Under the pieces are notes generated by a model that was not told where the DNA came from, did not search any database, and saw only the letters and a program-made list of their open reading frames with translations. The translations under genes and the position numbers were made by a program. Shown here in pieces: positions 50,801 to 63,774 of a stretch of 64,000 bases of DNA. This DNA comes from Mobula hypostoma. Its lineage: Eukaryota. The DNA is taken from the NCBI RefSeq assembly GCF_963921235.1, contig NC_086097.1, positions 143,594,001 through 143,658,000 on the forward strand, in the 5' to 3' direction. Within the stretch, counting starts at the first letter, position 1, and every line of letters starts with the position of its first letter.

Positions 50801-52777
50801 CTGGAATCAGATGCAATTGCTGTGTTTCAGGGGCATTTTGACAGATACTGAAATAGGGAAATCATAGAAAAATGCAGTCCTAATGAAGGACAATGTGATT
50901 AGATAGAGGGATAGAAAGGTTAACAGGGCTGTGGTGGACTGAGGGCACATTATTTTATGACCGTATGATTCTATAAACATTTAAATGAAAATTCTGTTAC
51001 CTTTTTCATTTCATTTTCTCCCAACCCAAGAATTATTGCAGCCACATTTTTGCTTCCCAGTACTCTCTTTCCCTGCTTTCACCTGCTGTTGCTGTCTCGA
51101 TCAGCCCACTTGCCTGCTGTCAGTTCTGCCAGAAATGCTTACGGTCTTACACCCTGTTGTTGCTTGGGTAAAACACCCAGTTTCACATCTTCAACTCAGT
51201 GGATTGGGGCATGAATGCATTACTGAACCAGTCTAGCCTGATCACCTATAAATATTCACCTACTGTAGAAACTGATCAAAATCCAAATAGCTGTAGACGA
51301 TGGGACTAGAGATGGGAACAGGACCATGGACATTTGATCTGTCACCTCGTTAGGATCATGAACTGTAGGCAGCAGTTATAACCCTTGAGGATCCTTGAGA
51401 ATGGGGATAGAATATGGTGTATAGTGCTGGAGGAGGCAAAACTTGACCTCAGAATCCAGGGGAAAAGAACAGAATCATGTCAAGGACCTACTCTGTTATC
51501 TCTACTACGAATATACAAATGACATGAATCCGAAGCATCCTCCAGCACTCCCTTTAAGAATAATTGGCTTAATGGATTGCCTGGGAAATAAATTGCTTCC
51601 TGTGGGCTGTATAGCAGATCATTCACAAGCCAGTTCACAAACCCCCTGATGGATATAAGTGTAGATTATGTGACTAACTGCACCGTTAAGAACTGAGTGT
51701 ACCTTATAGGATGTACTCCTCAAAAATTGTTGTACCAGTCACTCCTGTTAGTTGAGAGCTACTGCATTTAATGAAGGATGTTCTGCTTATAGCTCAACCT
51801 CTCTTATTTTGCTATGTGGGTAGGAGCACAAAACACTTACAGACAGAATGATAAGCCATGAGCCCACGTCCTATTACAGATACAAACAGATGTAAGGGCA
51901 CTCATGCGTCCAATGTAACTGGCGCACTTCCAGCATAGGACAAGCGTGGGAGGACAAGATATTCTGTGGCTGTTAAAACAGGAGCAATACCATTAAAGTG
52001 TGGAGCCACTGAAATAAAAAATAACATTGAAAATATTGGAAGAAGAAGAATAGTATAGAAATCATGACAGTTTTTCATCTATTCAGAGTCTTACCTTATT
52101 TACATAAAGACACAATAGGAGGCTCTTTAGCTATTGGGCCCAGCTCGTTCCCAGGGGATTGCTCCCATTATCCCTATTTCCTCTCCCTTATTTTCCTGTT
52201 TGTGTGCACATTATTTTCTCTCACTGATGTCCATTAACTCCTCTTTAATTCTGTACTAAGGGATAATTTGCAGTAATGAGTTAACCTCCTAGCAGACCTC
52301 TGGTGTGTGGGAAGAAATTCTCATGATCTCTGAGAGAGTATGCAATATCTGCCCAAAAGGGACTGGAGCTCAGAAATGAACTGGATACCCGGGGTTGTGA
52401 GTCAACACCGTGCTGCTGCTCACTAAGTACAGACAACAGGGAAACTCATCTGTGCTATATCACACTCACATCAGTTTTCTTCACAGAAAACCTGGATAGG
52501 ATATCTATGTTTCCCTGCTAGTCAGCTTGAGAAAATGCACACTTCCTTGACAATTCCCTCAAGATTTACTTCAGCTTCCTTCGCGAGCGTATCCTTCTCA
52601 TCAGTGTGAATATATTACTTCCCCACATTAGTTCACAGCAAGGTAGAGAAGTGACATTTAAGCCTGTTCTTTCTGATTGGATTGGAGGGTATGATCTAGA
52701 GGTTGAAACGTCAGCATGTCAACATTCTCTCCAGCTTGGGCTCACCATCACTGTACTGCATTGTCCATTTGAAACTA

Positions 52778-53082
52778 TTAAGACCTTTTTGCAGGTGTTT
52801 TCTTTGGCCCTCCCCTGGAATTTACTCCTGCCTTCCCGGTACTTTTGGCATTTCCTGGTCCTTTAGTATCAGCCCTCCCTCCACCTTTTGCCCCTGTCTC
52901 TTTCTGTCTTGTTCCGTGTTTATTTTCTCCATCCTTTGTTTTGCTCTTTGATCCGTCCCTGTCATCTTTAGTGCTGTCCTTTTTCTGCCCATCCTTCTTC
53001 TTAACTTGGTTCTTGGACCCGTTAGCTGAAATGCTCGCGGAAACAGTGGGAACCTCATCCTTTTGTTCTGCCTCTGTCGCAG
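52778..53082 (-). CDS. TMIE: Terminal coding exon of a convergent gene, probably TMIE (transmembrane inner ear protein)
   Basis: Minus strand TATTCCACAG acceptor, phase 1, 100 open codons ATEAEQKDEVPTVSASISANGSKNQVKKKDGQKKD...GAKGGGRADTKGPG...GGPKKTPAKRS*, no repeat similarity seen. Resembles the recalled long K/G-rich C-tail of fish Tmie; TMIE is near PTH1R on human 3p21. Conserved upstream exons not found in the window. Confidence 0.68.
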
Positions 53083-53104
53083 CTGTGGAATATAACAGGA
53101 CACC

Positions 53105-53240
53105 GATTAGATTAGATTATGAGGACACTCAGTCCTCGTTTATTGTCATTTAGAAATGCATGCATTAAAACATGATACAATGTTCCTCCAGAATGATATC
53201 ACAAGAAACGCAGGACAAACCAAGACTAAAACTGACAAAG
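53105..53240 (-). mobile_element. 3' fragment of the 22486-type retroelement
   Basis: (TAATC)n tail and GAGGAC-TGAGT-GTCCTC stem-loop on the minus strand; GGACA at 53098-53102 and 53241-53245. Confidence 0.8.
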
Positions 53241-53707
53241 GGACAGCCATCAAATGTGAAAACATAGAAATGGAGCAATCCTGGACCTGTGCTTGGGAGC
53301 ATTCCTGCTTTTTGCCAGGAATCCCATCTGAAATATCCACAGAAGGGTCTATTGATTTACATCATCTGAGGGTCCCTTTGTGAGCCTGGCGATATCCCCA
53401 AATACAGAACAGTAGGAAGGAACAAAGAAACATAATTTTACCTACTACACAGGGTCTCAAACATCATCTCAAATAAAAAGAGACAACGTTGGAAACACTT
53501 AGTAGGTCAAGCAACATCTGTGAAATAGAAACAGAATTTAAAATTCAGATCAGGGACCCTTGACCAGAAGCCTCCACTATTATTTCAGATTTCTGGAATT
53601 TTTAATTTTTTTAAATCTACTCTTTTAATTTAATATAATCTATTCATTTCTTGCCTTGCAGCCTTTGATTTACTAAAGCAAAATACTGAAGTAATTTGAA
53701 ATGGAAA

Positions 53708-54365
53708 CAGAATCAGAATCAGATCAAGTTTTGTGTCGTGAAATTTGTTAACTTAGCAGCAGCAGTTCAGTGCAATACATAATATAGAAAGAAAAAAAAG
53801 TAAAAATAAATAGATAAGTTAATCAATTACAGTATGTGTATATTGAATAGCTTAAAAATCATGCAAAAACATAAATAATATACACTTAAAAAGTGAGGTA
53901 GTGTTCACGGGTTCAACGTCCATTTAGTAATCAGATGGCAGAGGGGAAGAAACTGTTCCTGAATCACTGAGTGTGTGCCTTCAGGCTTCTGTACCTCCTA
54001 CCTGGTGGTTAACAATGAGAAAAGGGAATGCTCTGGGTGCTGGGGGTCCTTAATAATGGACGCTGCCTTACTGAGACACCACTCCTTGAAGATGTCCTGG
54101 GTGCTTTGTAGGCTAGTTCTCAAGATGGAGCTGACTAAATTTATGACCCCCTGCAGCTTCTTTCGATCCTGTGCAGAGCCTTCACCCACCCCCCCCATAC
54201 CGGGCAGTGATGCAGCCTGTCAGAATGCCCTCCACGGTACATCTATAGAGGTTTTTGTTGACATACCAAGTCTCTTCAAACTCCTAATGAGGTATAGTCA
54301 CTGTCTTGCTTTCTTTATAGCTGTATCAATATGTTGGGAGCAGGTTAGTTCCTCATAGATCTTGA
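53708..54365 (-). mobile_element. Rex1-like LINE 3' fragment
   Basis: AQDRKKLQ.V...CLSKAASIIKDPQHP.HSLFSLL; AGAATC repeat tail. Confidence 0.8.
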
Positions 54366-57300
54366 AAGAACCTGCATACAGCTGCCCATGGCTTCTGATT
54401 GTTCCTAGCTGTCTCTGACATCCTAGCTTCATTACCCTGAGATTTCCCACCACATTTTTTCCCTGCCCCTTTCCGTTCTTTTACATCCTGCACCATTTTT
54501 ATATGCAAAGTTGAATGTAGAAGAATGAACTAAAAATAGAAAATGTTGAGAGTACCCATCAGGCTGTGCGGCATCTGGTGGGATGCTAAGTTAACACGTC
54601 AGATCAATGAGAAAAGTTAAGGATGCAAAATACAAGTACAGAGGTGGGTAAATGGGAGGAGAGGAAGAAAAGAGAGACCCAATTTTGGCACGGAAAGCAG
54701 CAGAGGTTAAATAACAATAGGTGCCTGGTTGGTTCAAGGATGAAGGGTGGAAAGGGGTTAGTGAAGAAATGGAAGAAATGAATTAAGAATTGTCAGTGGG
54801 AAAAGCAGAATTTTTTTCAGTAACAGTTATCCTAAAATATAGTCAGTGGATAAGGTAATACTGAGTTTTGAGTTTTAATATTGAGTCTTGAAACTTGTAA
54901 AATGTGTCATCAAAAGGTCACAGTTTTTCTGGAGATTGTTTTTCACTGAAACAATGGAGAGCGAGATCACAGGGGGAATGGTTGTAGATTTAAAGTGACT
55001 GAGAATTGGAGGCTGTCAGCATGTTTGTAGTCTGACCAAAAAGGATTCTGCTGTTTACTACCCAATCTATAATGAAGTGCTGACCAGTTTTGATCATTGA
55101 ATACAGAACATAAAAATTGAAAGAACAGTAGTTTGATCACTGTTTTCCTGCGCCCTGCCTTTAATCTTTAGAAATGTTACTCATACCAATTTCTCTTGCA
55201 TTACAGATGCTGCATGAATACTGAGCATTTCCAATATATATTTCATTTATCTAAAAAGGTATTACCTTAACCAAGCAAATCTATATTCCCTTTGGGGAAT
55301 CTCACGAATGACTCTATTTCAGGCTTGATTGAGACTTAACAAAGCAACTTCAGTATGTTATGAATCTTCACAAACAAATGTGTTCATCCTCAAACATCAA
55401 TCAATATTGCCTTGGGATTTGGGACAATGTTATGTTTAAGTAGTGAATGGAAGTCTTGTTTTGTAGATTGTACATTAATACACGTGTTTTTGTTGAACAT
55501 TATTCCTTTCATAACACTTATCTAACTGAGAAACTGCATTTGGAATCTCAGTTCCTGATAGGGACAAAAGCTCCAATCTGGTATGTTTAATAGAAGCGAC
55601 CAACAGATAGATTTCATGGAAACTTTTGAAACTTTAATTGGGCAGGAGAAGTTGTTATGAACTAGTGAATTAATGAGCCCCAGTAAGTGCTCAACACAGA
55701 GATAAAATGCAAATACTTATTTGAAGCAAGCAAAGATGCAGGGCAATGGATAAGACTATAGATATGGAAATAGTTTTGAATTGCTTTGACAAAATTATGA
55801 TGGTTGCAAACATGTATGTTCTTTGATTTCCTATGACTCGAAACAAGAGTGTAGGTTGTGTAAATTGTGTGCTTAGTATTAACATCAGGAGGTGAATTTC
55901 TAGGCAAAAAAGTTTTATTGCTTAAAGGAAAAGTAATATTGTGCTGTAAGATTCACTCTTTTTAGGCGATTATGCAGTCAGTCAGAGGACATTTACAGTT
56001 TCTGGCGTTTTTTGGTAATTAGCACAAATTAGTTTGCCTTCCCTTTCTGCCTTACGTTCAAGAGATGAGGTTTCCTGAAGGGACAATGATCGTTATTTTC
56101 AGTATTTTTATAGCATCATGAGTCTTATTCCATGCAATGCACAATGTATTAATCCTGCTGTTAGTGAAGCTATCTTTATTGAGACTGGTCTCTGAAGAGC
56201 AGAATACTAATTGTAAAAGTAAACAGAAGCTGAGGCTGGAAGGAAAATGTTATCTTGAGGTCTGTTAGTGTTGTCCTTAATTTTGCTTCATCACAGTAAT
56301 CTGTAGCCTTTGCCTGTTGTCTGGGGTCATCAAAGTGGTCAGACCACAGTGAAATTTCTAAATTCAGTCTGTTAATAGTAAAAACAGAATTAAGAAGATG
56401 ACTTTTCAGAAATTCAGAGGTTACATCATCCTTTTAAATTGTATAGATTCATTCCATTAATTAATTAATTGCTATAAACTGAATTTTACTGCTTCCTGAT
56501 ATGTTAAATCTGTACTGCATATTGCACCTAATTAGATCCCTTGCAAAATTGGGTTAGAATTTAGTGCTGTTATGCACTCAAGATCATGCATTAAAAAGGA
56601 AACTGCAGGGTACCAAGTAGAACTTCATATATGCTGGCACAGCTCAAGACCCTTCACTGCACGAAAATCTGAGGAGGATATCAGCCCTTAAAGGCAACCT
56701 GCCCATGGTAACCTGCCCTCAGTCACACACATTGCAGAGAGGCTATATAATAGATGGTGAAGGTTTCATAATTGTAAGGATGAACATCAAAATCCTAGTG
56801 GCTGAGATAGTAGCCAGAACTGGGATTTGGTGTTTGGGAGTGCGTGGAGTTAGGAGTAATAATTGGGAACCAACCAGGACCACCATTAAGTAGCATGCTA
56901 GGAGGTGGTTTTAGTAGATTTTTCCAACATGTTGAAGCAAGTCCTGATGGAATGATCACAATCTCATACATGCCAGAGAAAAATGTAGTGCAAGATGTAC
57001 CACTGTCGCACGTGTACATGCACACACACATGTGACCCATAGTTTATCAGGTATGATCATTAGTAATATTTCATTACGATTAATGCATCCACTTTGATTT
57101 GATCCCCAACAATCTTTGTCCTTACCATCTAAGCTTCCACGTCACCATTAAGGTGAAAGCCCCTCTATACCTCAAGGTACATTTTTTTGTGAGCTGTTTG
57201 AGAAACCTGCACAGTTCTGAAGTTGCTCATCAAGCAATCTTTCCGTGTGTAGAGCAACAGTCGATGCTATCCTTAATTGCCCTTGAGGAGGGGGTGGTGA

Positions 57301-58670
57301 GTCACCTTCTTGAACTGCTTCAGGTGAAGGTACTGAGGAAATGAGGATCCTGAGGATTGATTTCAAGAATTTGGATTGAGTGATAGCAAAGAAAAAGTGA
57401 AATCTTTCCAAGTCAGAACATGGAGAGAAATCTGTAGTTGGTGGTAATCCAATGGACCCACTGCATAATGGTGATAGAGATAATCATTTTGAGAGGTGCC
57501 GTAGCAGCATTTGTACCTGGTGTTCACTGCAGTTTTGGTGCAGTACAGGTGGTATCTTCTTCCTTGCTGAAGACTTTTGTAACATACTCATTTATTCCTC
57601 AGTAACGCCCTCTGCCTCCATGAGTAAATTTCCTTCTTGTCTCTTAATCATAACCCTTGCTCTTATAACCTTTTTTTCATTTATTTGTCTATAGACTAGT
57701 TCCAGATTCTCTCTAATGTTTTCTGCCAATCTTTGCTTATGTTTGTTTTTTTCGTGTCAGAACTGTTTATATGTAATCAGCCTGGTGATCAAACTGGCAT
57801 TTATCATATGTTATTATTGTGTTTCTATGCTAAACTGACTGTCCTGTTGTACATACTATATATTACAAATTACTATAAATTGCACATTGCACATTTAGAA
57901 GGAGACATAACGTAAAGATTTTTACTCCTCGTGTCTATGAAGGATGTAAGTGATAAACTCAATTCAATTCAGATTCTTCTTTATTAGCTTGACTTCACTC
58001 TTTCTCTTTTTAATTCCACAGGACACACTTTAATTTTAATTTCCTAATCCTTCTCATGGATGGGAATGTATGTACGCAGCAACATAAATGCTCCACCTTT
58101 AAGGCCTCTCAGTGTTCAATTACTGTTTTGTCTGAAAAGCCTTGATTCCAGTTTTCTAATATGAGATCAGTGCTCATTCACCATATAACTACTCTGATCT
58201 TTACCATCACTGTTAGGAAAGTTATGATATTACGATGGCTTTTATTCCGGTAGTTGATCCATGGAAACTTGCTTCATGTGGTCTGACTCATTTCTGGATC
58301 AGCAATTTTGCCTTCCTCACTGGGCCAGGAACACATTAACCAAGAATGTTCTGCTAAATGTCACTCTCACTTTACCCCTTATGTCATTACTAGTCCAATT
58401 CATGTTTGGGTAGCTGAGGTAATTGGTACTCCATGGATCCTGTATATCCTTTGCAGAACTTTGATCTGATCTGCTACTTATGAGATCAATTACGTCTGTC
58501 TATTTCAAAATATTTCTGCTGTTTATGCATGCAGTCCTATTTTGCACCTCCACTAGATTGGCACCTCATTTTTAGATATGTATGTTTCTTTACATTTTCA
58601 ATTGAACAGTTTGATTGCACTTCCTGATTGGAATGGTGGGGTGGGAGATATGCCAGGCCATGAGATTATA

Positions 58671-59220
58671 CACTCAGTGGCCACTTTATTAGGTACCTTC
58701 TTTACCTAATAAATTGACCACTGAGTATATATTTGTGCTCTTCTGCTGCTGTAACCCATCCACTTCAAGGTTTGATATGTTGTGCATTTGGAGATGCTCA
58801 TCTGCACACCACTGTTGTTATGCATAGCTATTTGAGTTACTGTCGCCTTCCGGTCTGCTTTAACCAGTCTGGCCATTATCCTCTGACCTCTCTCATTAAC
58901 AAGGCACTTTTGCCCACAGAACTGCCACTCACTGGATGTTTTTGCTTTTCTCTGTCAACACTAGAGAGTGTTGTATGTGAAAATCCCAGGAGATCTACAG
59001 TTTCTGAGATACTTAAACCAACTTGTCGGGAACCAACAATCATTCCGCAATCAAAGTCACATTTCTTCCCCATTCTGATGTTTGGTCTTAACAACAACTG
59101 AACCTCTTGACCATGTCTGCATGCTTTTATGCATTGAGATGCTGCCACATGATTGGCTGAAGATATATTTGCATAAATGAGCATGTGTACAGGTGTACCT
59201 AATAAAGTGGCCGCTGAGTA
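58671..59220 (-). mobile_element. Non-autonomous Tc1/mariner element
   Basis: TIRs CACTCAGTGGCCACTTTATTAGGTAC / GTACCTAATAAAGTGGCCGCTGAGTA flanked by TA; transposase N-terminal HTH remnant GMIVGSRQVGLSISETVDLLGFSHTT. Confidence 0.88.
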
Positions 59221-59609
59221 TAGATTGAGTTTGTAATATTTATTCCTGCTGCTAATGATGACTCACAGGACATCATGAATACCCAATTTACCAATTTCTG
59301 CAGAGGTTCCTTTCAACAGATACAAACCAGCAATAAGGACATGTCTGGCTCCAGGAGAACTTCTGAAGTGAATTCAACACAAAAGTGCCCAAAATAATTT
59401 CCTATATTACTAGAACAATCTATTCCAAGTAAATCTTTTCCATGTTTGAGTTGCACGTAAGAAGTCAAATTATTGGCTAGATAGCGGTACTAGGCATATA
59501 ACAACTTGGCGGTATCTGAGTTTGTGAAAGTTGCTGTATAAATGCAGATACCTAATTGATAATTCTGTAGAAGCAGCAGCTTAGTAAAAAGCATTAATGA
59601 AACAGAAAG

Positions 59610-60260
59610 AGTTTTAAGACCATTGAGTCTCTTCCACCATTTGATCATGGCTGATTTATTTTCCATCTCAACCCCATAACCTTTGATACCTTTACTAATC
59701 AAGAACATATCAACATCCACTTTAAATATACCCAATGACTTGGTGTCCATATCTGCCTGTGGCAATGAATTCCACAAATTCATCAGCCTCTGGCTAACGA
59801 AATTCCACCTCATCTCTGTTCTAAAGGGAGTTTGAGGAGATTTGGCATGTCACCAAAGACTAATATATTTCTGCAGATGTACCGTGGAGATCAATCTAAC
59901 TACTTGCCTCACTGCCTGGTATGATGGGGCCACCGTATGGGATTGGAAAAAGCTGCAAAGGTTTGCAAACTCCACTAGCTTCGTCAAGGGCACTAGCCTC
60001 CCCAGCATCGAGAACGTCTTCAAAAGGTGATGCCTCAAAAAGGCACCATCCATCATTAAGAACCCTCATGACCCACCCAGGACATGCGGTCTTCTTATTA
60101 AGACCATCAGAGGGAGGCACAGCAGCCTGAACATGCACACTCAATGTTCTAGGAACAGCTTCTTCCCTTCTTCCATCAGATTTCTGATCATATAATGAAT
60201 CAACTCATGAACATTACCTTACTATTTTTGCTCTCTTTTTGAACTACCTATTTAATTCAT
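59610..60260. mobile_element. CR1 3' end (-, about 59610-59830) abutting a Rex1-like 3' fragment (+, about 59835-60260)
   Basis: FVSQRLMNLWNSLPQ on minus; RCTVE..LT.CLTAWY....WDWKKLQR on plus. Confidence 0.72.
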
Positions 60261-61159
60261 ATATAAGCAAAACTGTGCAAAAGCCTTAGGCACATATCTA
60301 GAGCGAGGGTGCCCCAGGCTTTTGCACAGTGCTGTATTCGTCAACTTGGAGCAGAGAGTAAGTTTGTAAATCTGATGGGAACAAAGGATGTTGGGAATGG
60401 TGAGGATGGAGTGCCACAGGACAGGTGGCAGAGAATGACGGCCAGGGAAGTGGGGTGGGGGGTGGCTGACGAAGGACCAGGGAAGGTCATTTGATTCCAA
60501 ATAATTGGTTTATTGATCATTACAGAATGTCTCTCTGATGCTTCCCAATCCCAGCCCTCTCCCTTTCCCTTTTCCCAACCATGATTCCCCCCTCCCTGCT
60601 CCCTTCACACCTTCAGTCCACAATAGAAACCTATTTCAGAATCACTGCACTGTATTGTGCTGTACTGCTGCTGCGAAACAATAAATCTCTCTACATATGT
60701 CAACGATATTAAACCAGATTCTGAATCTGGCATCCTTCCAATCGGAGGCTGTGCCATCTGGTCCTAGATGCTCTCACTATTGGAAGTATTCTTTTCCACT
60801 CTGGGCCTTTCAATATTTGGTAGGTTTCAATTTGAACCCCTCTCATTCTTCTAAACTCCAGAGTTATAATTAAATGTTTCTCCTAGGGGAATATCAACTT
60901 TATGTTACAAGGTACAAATTACAAAATTCATAACAAAGTAAAGCTGTACTGATCCAAAACAGTCAGTGTTGCATTTCATGTAGTAGATTTAATATCCTCT
61001 ACCTATTTCAAGATGTTTTACAGCCACTGAATTATCTTTGAAGCATTGTCACTCTTATATATGGGGAGAGTTGTATCATACTTGCACCATAGAAGAACTC
61101 CATTTCAGCCAGCCGAATCTATGTCAACACTCAGTGTAACACCTCTCTCCTACTCACCT

Positions 61160-61315
61160 ACAATGAGGGGAATACACAGTGACCAATCAACTTATCAAAC
61201 CATGTGACTTTGGGTTAAGGGAGAAGTACGAACTCCACACAAACAGAACTTGAGATCAGGTTTGAACCTGGGTCACTGGAGTTTTGAAGCAGCACACACT
61301 GTACTTTGTGCTACT
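61160..61315 (-). mobile_element. Degenerate tRNA-derived SINE (similar remnant at about 52260-52415)
   Basis: B-box-like CCCAGGTTCAAACC on the minus strand; family not determined. Confidence 0.5.
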
Positions 61316-61342
61316 CAAATACATTTTCAAAGCATTAGTAGT

Positions 61343-62011
61343 CAACATAAGCAAAATGCTGGAAAACTTGGAAAGTTAGGAAGCATCTACGGAGCGGAAT
61401 AAACAATTGAAGTTTCTGGCCCGGATGCTTCATCAGGACTTCTGACTTGCTGATTTCCTCCAGCGGGAGCTAGAAGAAAGTCCCGAGGTTTGATTGATGT
61501 AAGTGCAGGGCTGAAACAGAAAGCTTGGGTACAAGCTGAATCATGGTGTCGGCGTCTGGGCTCCAGAGAGAGGAATGAACTGATGTCTGGATGGTTTAAG
61601 CGTCTGGCCAGATTGAAAAACTCAGGATGTCGGGATCCGAGGCGAGGGATGGAACAGTTTCATTCGCTGCTCTGCCATGTTTACTCGGCTCTGCACTGAC
61701 CTGAGGCTGTAGTCTGCCCCAGCTGCAGTGACGTTTGACTTCATGTCTGTGGACTCACTTGTGTAAAACTCCAGTTTTAAATACTACTTGTTTACTTTTA
61801 TTGTTTGCACGATTTGGTTTTTTCTCTGCCCATTGGGTGTTTGATAGTCTCCTTTTTTAAATGGGTCCTTTTGGGTTTCTTTGTTTTACGGCTGCCTGTA
61901 AGGAGATGAATCTCAGGGTTGTATAATGTATATATACCTTAATTATAAATGTACTTTGAACTTTGAACATTTTGTGTATGTTGCTCAATATTACCAGCAT
62001 CTGCAGAATCT
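61343..62011. mobile_element. Foldback Penelope-derived element split by a ~500-bp retroelement (about 61465-61967)
   Basis: Terminal motif TTCCTCCAGC|ATTTTGTG is split by an insert ending GTACTTTGAACTTTGAA; CTGATGA...GAAAC on the minus strand at 61404-61441. Confidence 0.75.
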
Positions 62012-63551
62012 CAATGTGCTAATGACCAGATAATCTGATTAAATTATTTTGATTTGCTAAGATCAATTTTGGCTATATATTGGGAGAAACTTCTAGCTTG
62101 TTAAAGTAGTGTGTTTGGATACTTAAAATGAACTGTGCATTCTGAAGCTGCCCAGTCCTATCCAAAAGATGACATTACCTACCCTTGCACAATACAGTGA
62201 AATGTCAGCCTAGATTTAGTGATCAAATTCTTTAGAGCGAAACTTGAGACCGCAACTGTCTGACTCAGTGAATGCCAGGTGACAGATACAGGAAAGGAAA
62301 GTATATTAAGCAAGGAAAACTAATGTTACTGAATGGGGATGTCAATTAAATTGTATAGCCTTTGCATTATTTTCAGTTTTCAGATTTCCAGGATCTGCAC
62401 TATTTTATTTTATTATTAAATTCTCACTAACGTAGAATGATATTTTAAATATGAACTAAGTTTATCAAGTGCAGAAATGTGTGTAATTTCACACAAGAGT
62501 TAGGCAAGTGTATTAAAACTGTGCTCCAGATGCGTTTGATTTGTGAAGGCTTAAAATAGCAAGCTCTAATCCCAAATTTATTTGAAATACATTTCTGTTT
62601 GTCAAATACTATGTTTGTATGTATGGCTGCACACGTTCCTTTATCATGCTACTTAAATAATAAATCTGTGAATTCACATGGTAGCATTTTGCAGGAAGAA
62701 ATGAATTAAATATTTTGAGGATTATCCCAAACTATCTATCTTGTTAAAGTTATTGAATTATCAGAGAATCCTTAAGGAAAAGCATGATTTGCCAGATAGC
62801 GACAACAGTACGAAAATGCTACAGTTCAGACCACAGTACAGCATCAAGCTGTACATGAACTAAGAGAAAAAAGCTGACAAATTGGTTATTTCTTTTTGCC
62901 ATCTCCAATTGTAACATAAAATGATCGATGAATTATTCATGCCCCTTAATGAGCAGGGTGTTTTGTAGAACAGTACAAAGTCTGATTTACATGAAATGCA
63001 CCGCGAATTTGAAAATCTAACCTCTTTTCTGAGCTTCAAGCTTTGAGTTAAGTGTCAATCCATTTTCAGATAGAGCTTCTTTACACAGCAGACCATTGTA
63101 AATCCGTGAGTCTTTTCCAATGGATCCACAGAAAACATTTCCTTTGATTTATTTGCAGTCTGCCATTTTCAAATGACTTTGAATATATGGCGTCATTCAT
63201 AGGATGTTCTCAGTTTGTACTGACTCAGCTGCACTTACCAGGTTCCTGAATGTTATAATTACCAGAAGGGAAAAGGAAAATATAGCTAGTTATTTTGCCT
63301 TTGCCAATTATTTGCTAATTTTTGACAGACAGTACGGTATACAGTTTGGGTTTTGGGTATAGAGAGCTTGAGTCATTATTCCATGATCAGATCGCCTTCA
63401 ATACATTATGAATGGCTGATGTTTTGCATGATTATTCTGGTCATATTCTGATTGCTACCTGCTGGGGGAATAACAAGGGCCACTAGGACACAGAAATAGG
63501 ATCTGGTGCTTTCACAAGCAAAAGAACATATACAGATGCTGGAAATCCAAG

Positions 63552-63774
63552 TGAAGCTCCTTCAATAATTCCAAAAGACTGAAGTAGGGTAAATACTGAA
63601 AGGCTTTTATTTGCTGTACAACACGACTTCCATGTGTCTGCCCCTGGACTGAGGGGGAGGGGCAAGGTGAAATCACCTTTATTCAGGGGTCTGTGGGAGG
63701 AGCCACAGGGGCAGTCAGCAGAGGGGCGTCTCCAGACAGGTAACCCAGTTACAACATATATATGGTTTACCACA
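63552..63774 (-). mobile_element. Solo LTR, 223 bp, inserted in a Penelope-derived element (about 63515-63870)
   Basis: TG...CA termini, 5-bp TSD CCAAG (63547-63551, 63775-63779), two AATAAA on the minus strand. Confidence 0.8.

Noticed and set aside
52822..53103. 93-aa minus-strand ORF from the track
   Set aside because: Off-frame overlap of the proposed terminal exon; it starts in intron sequence at the edge of a repeat.
63225..63280. Minus-strand CCTG|GTAAGT donor as the upstream TMIE exon end
   Set aside because: The preceding sequence does not translate into any TMIE-like peptide.
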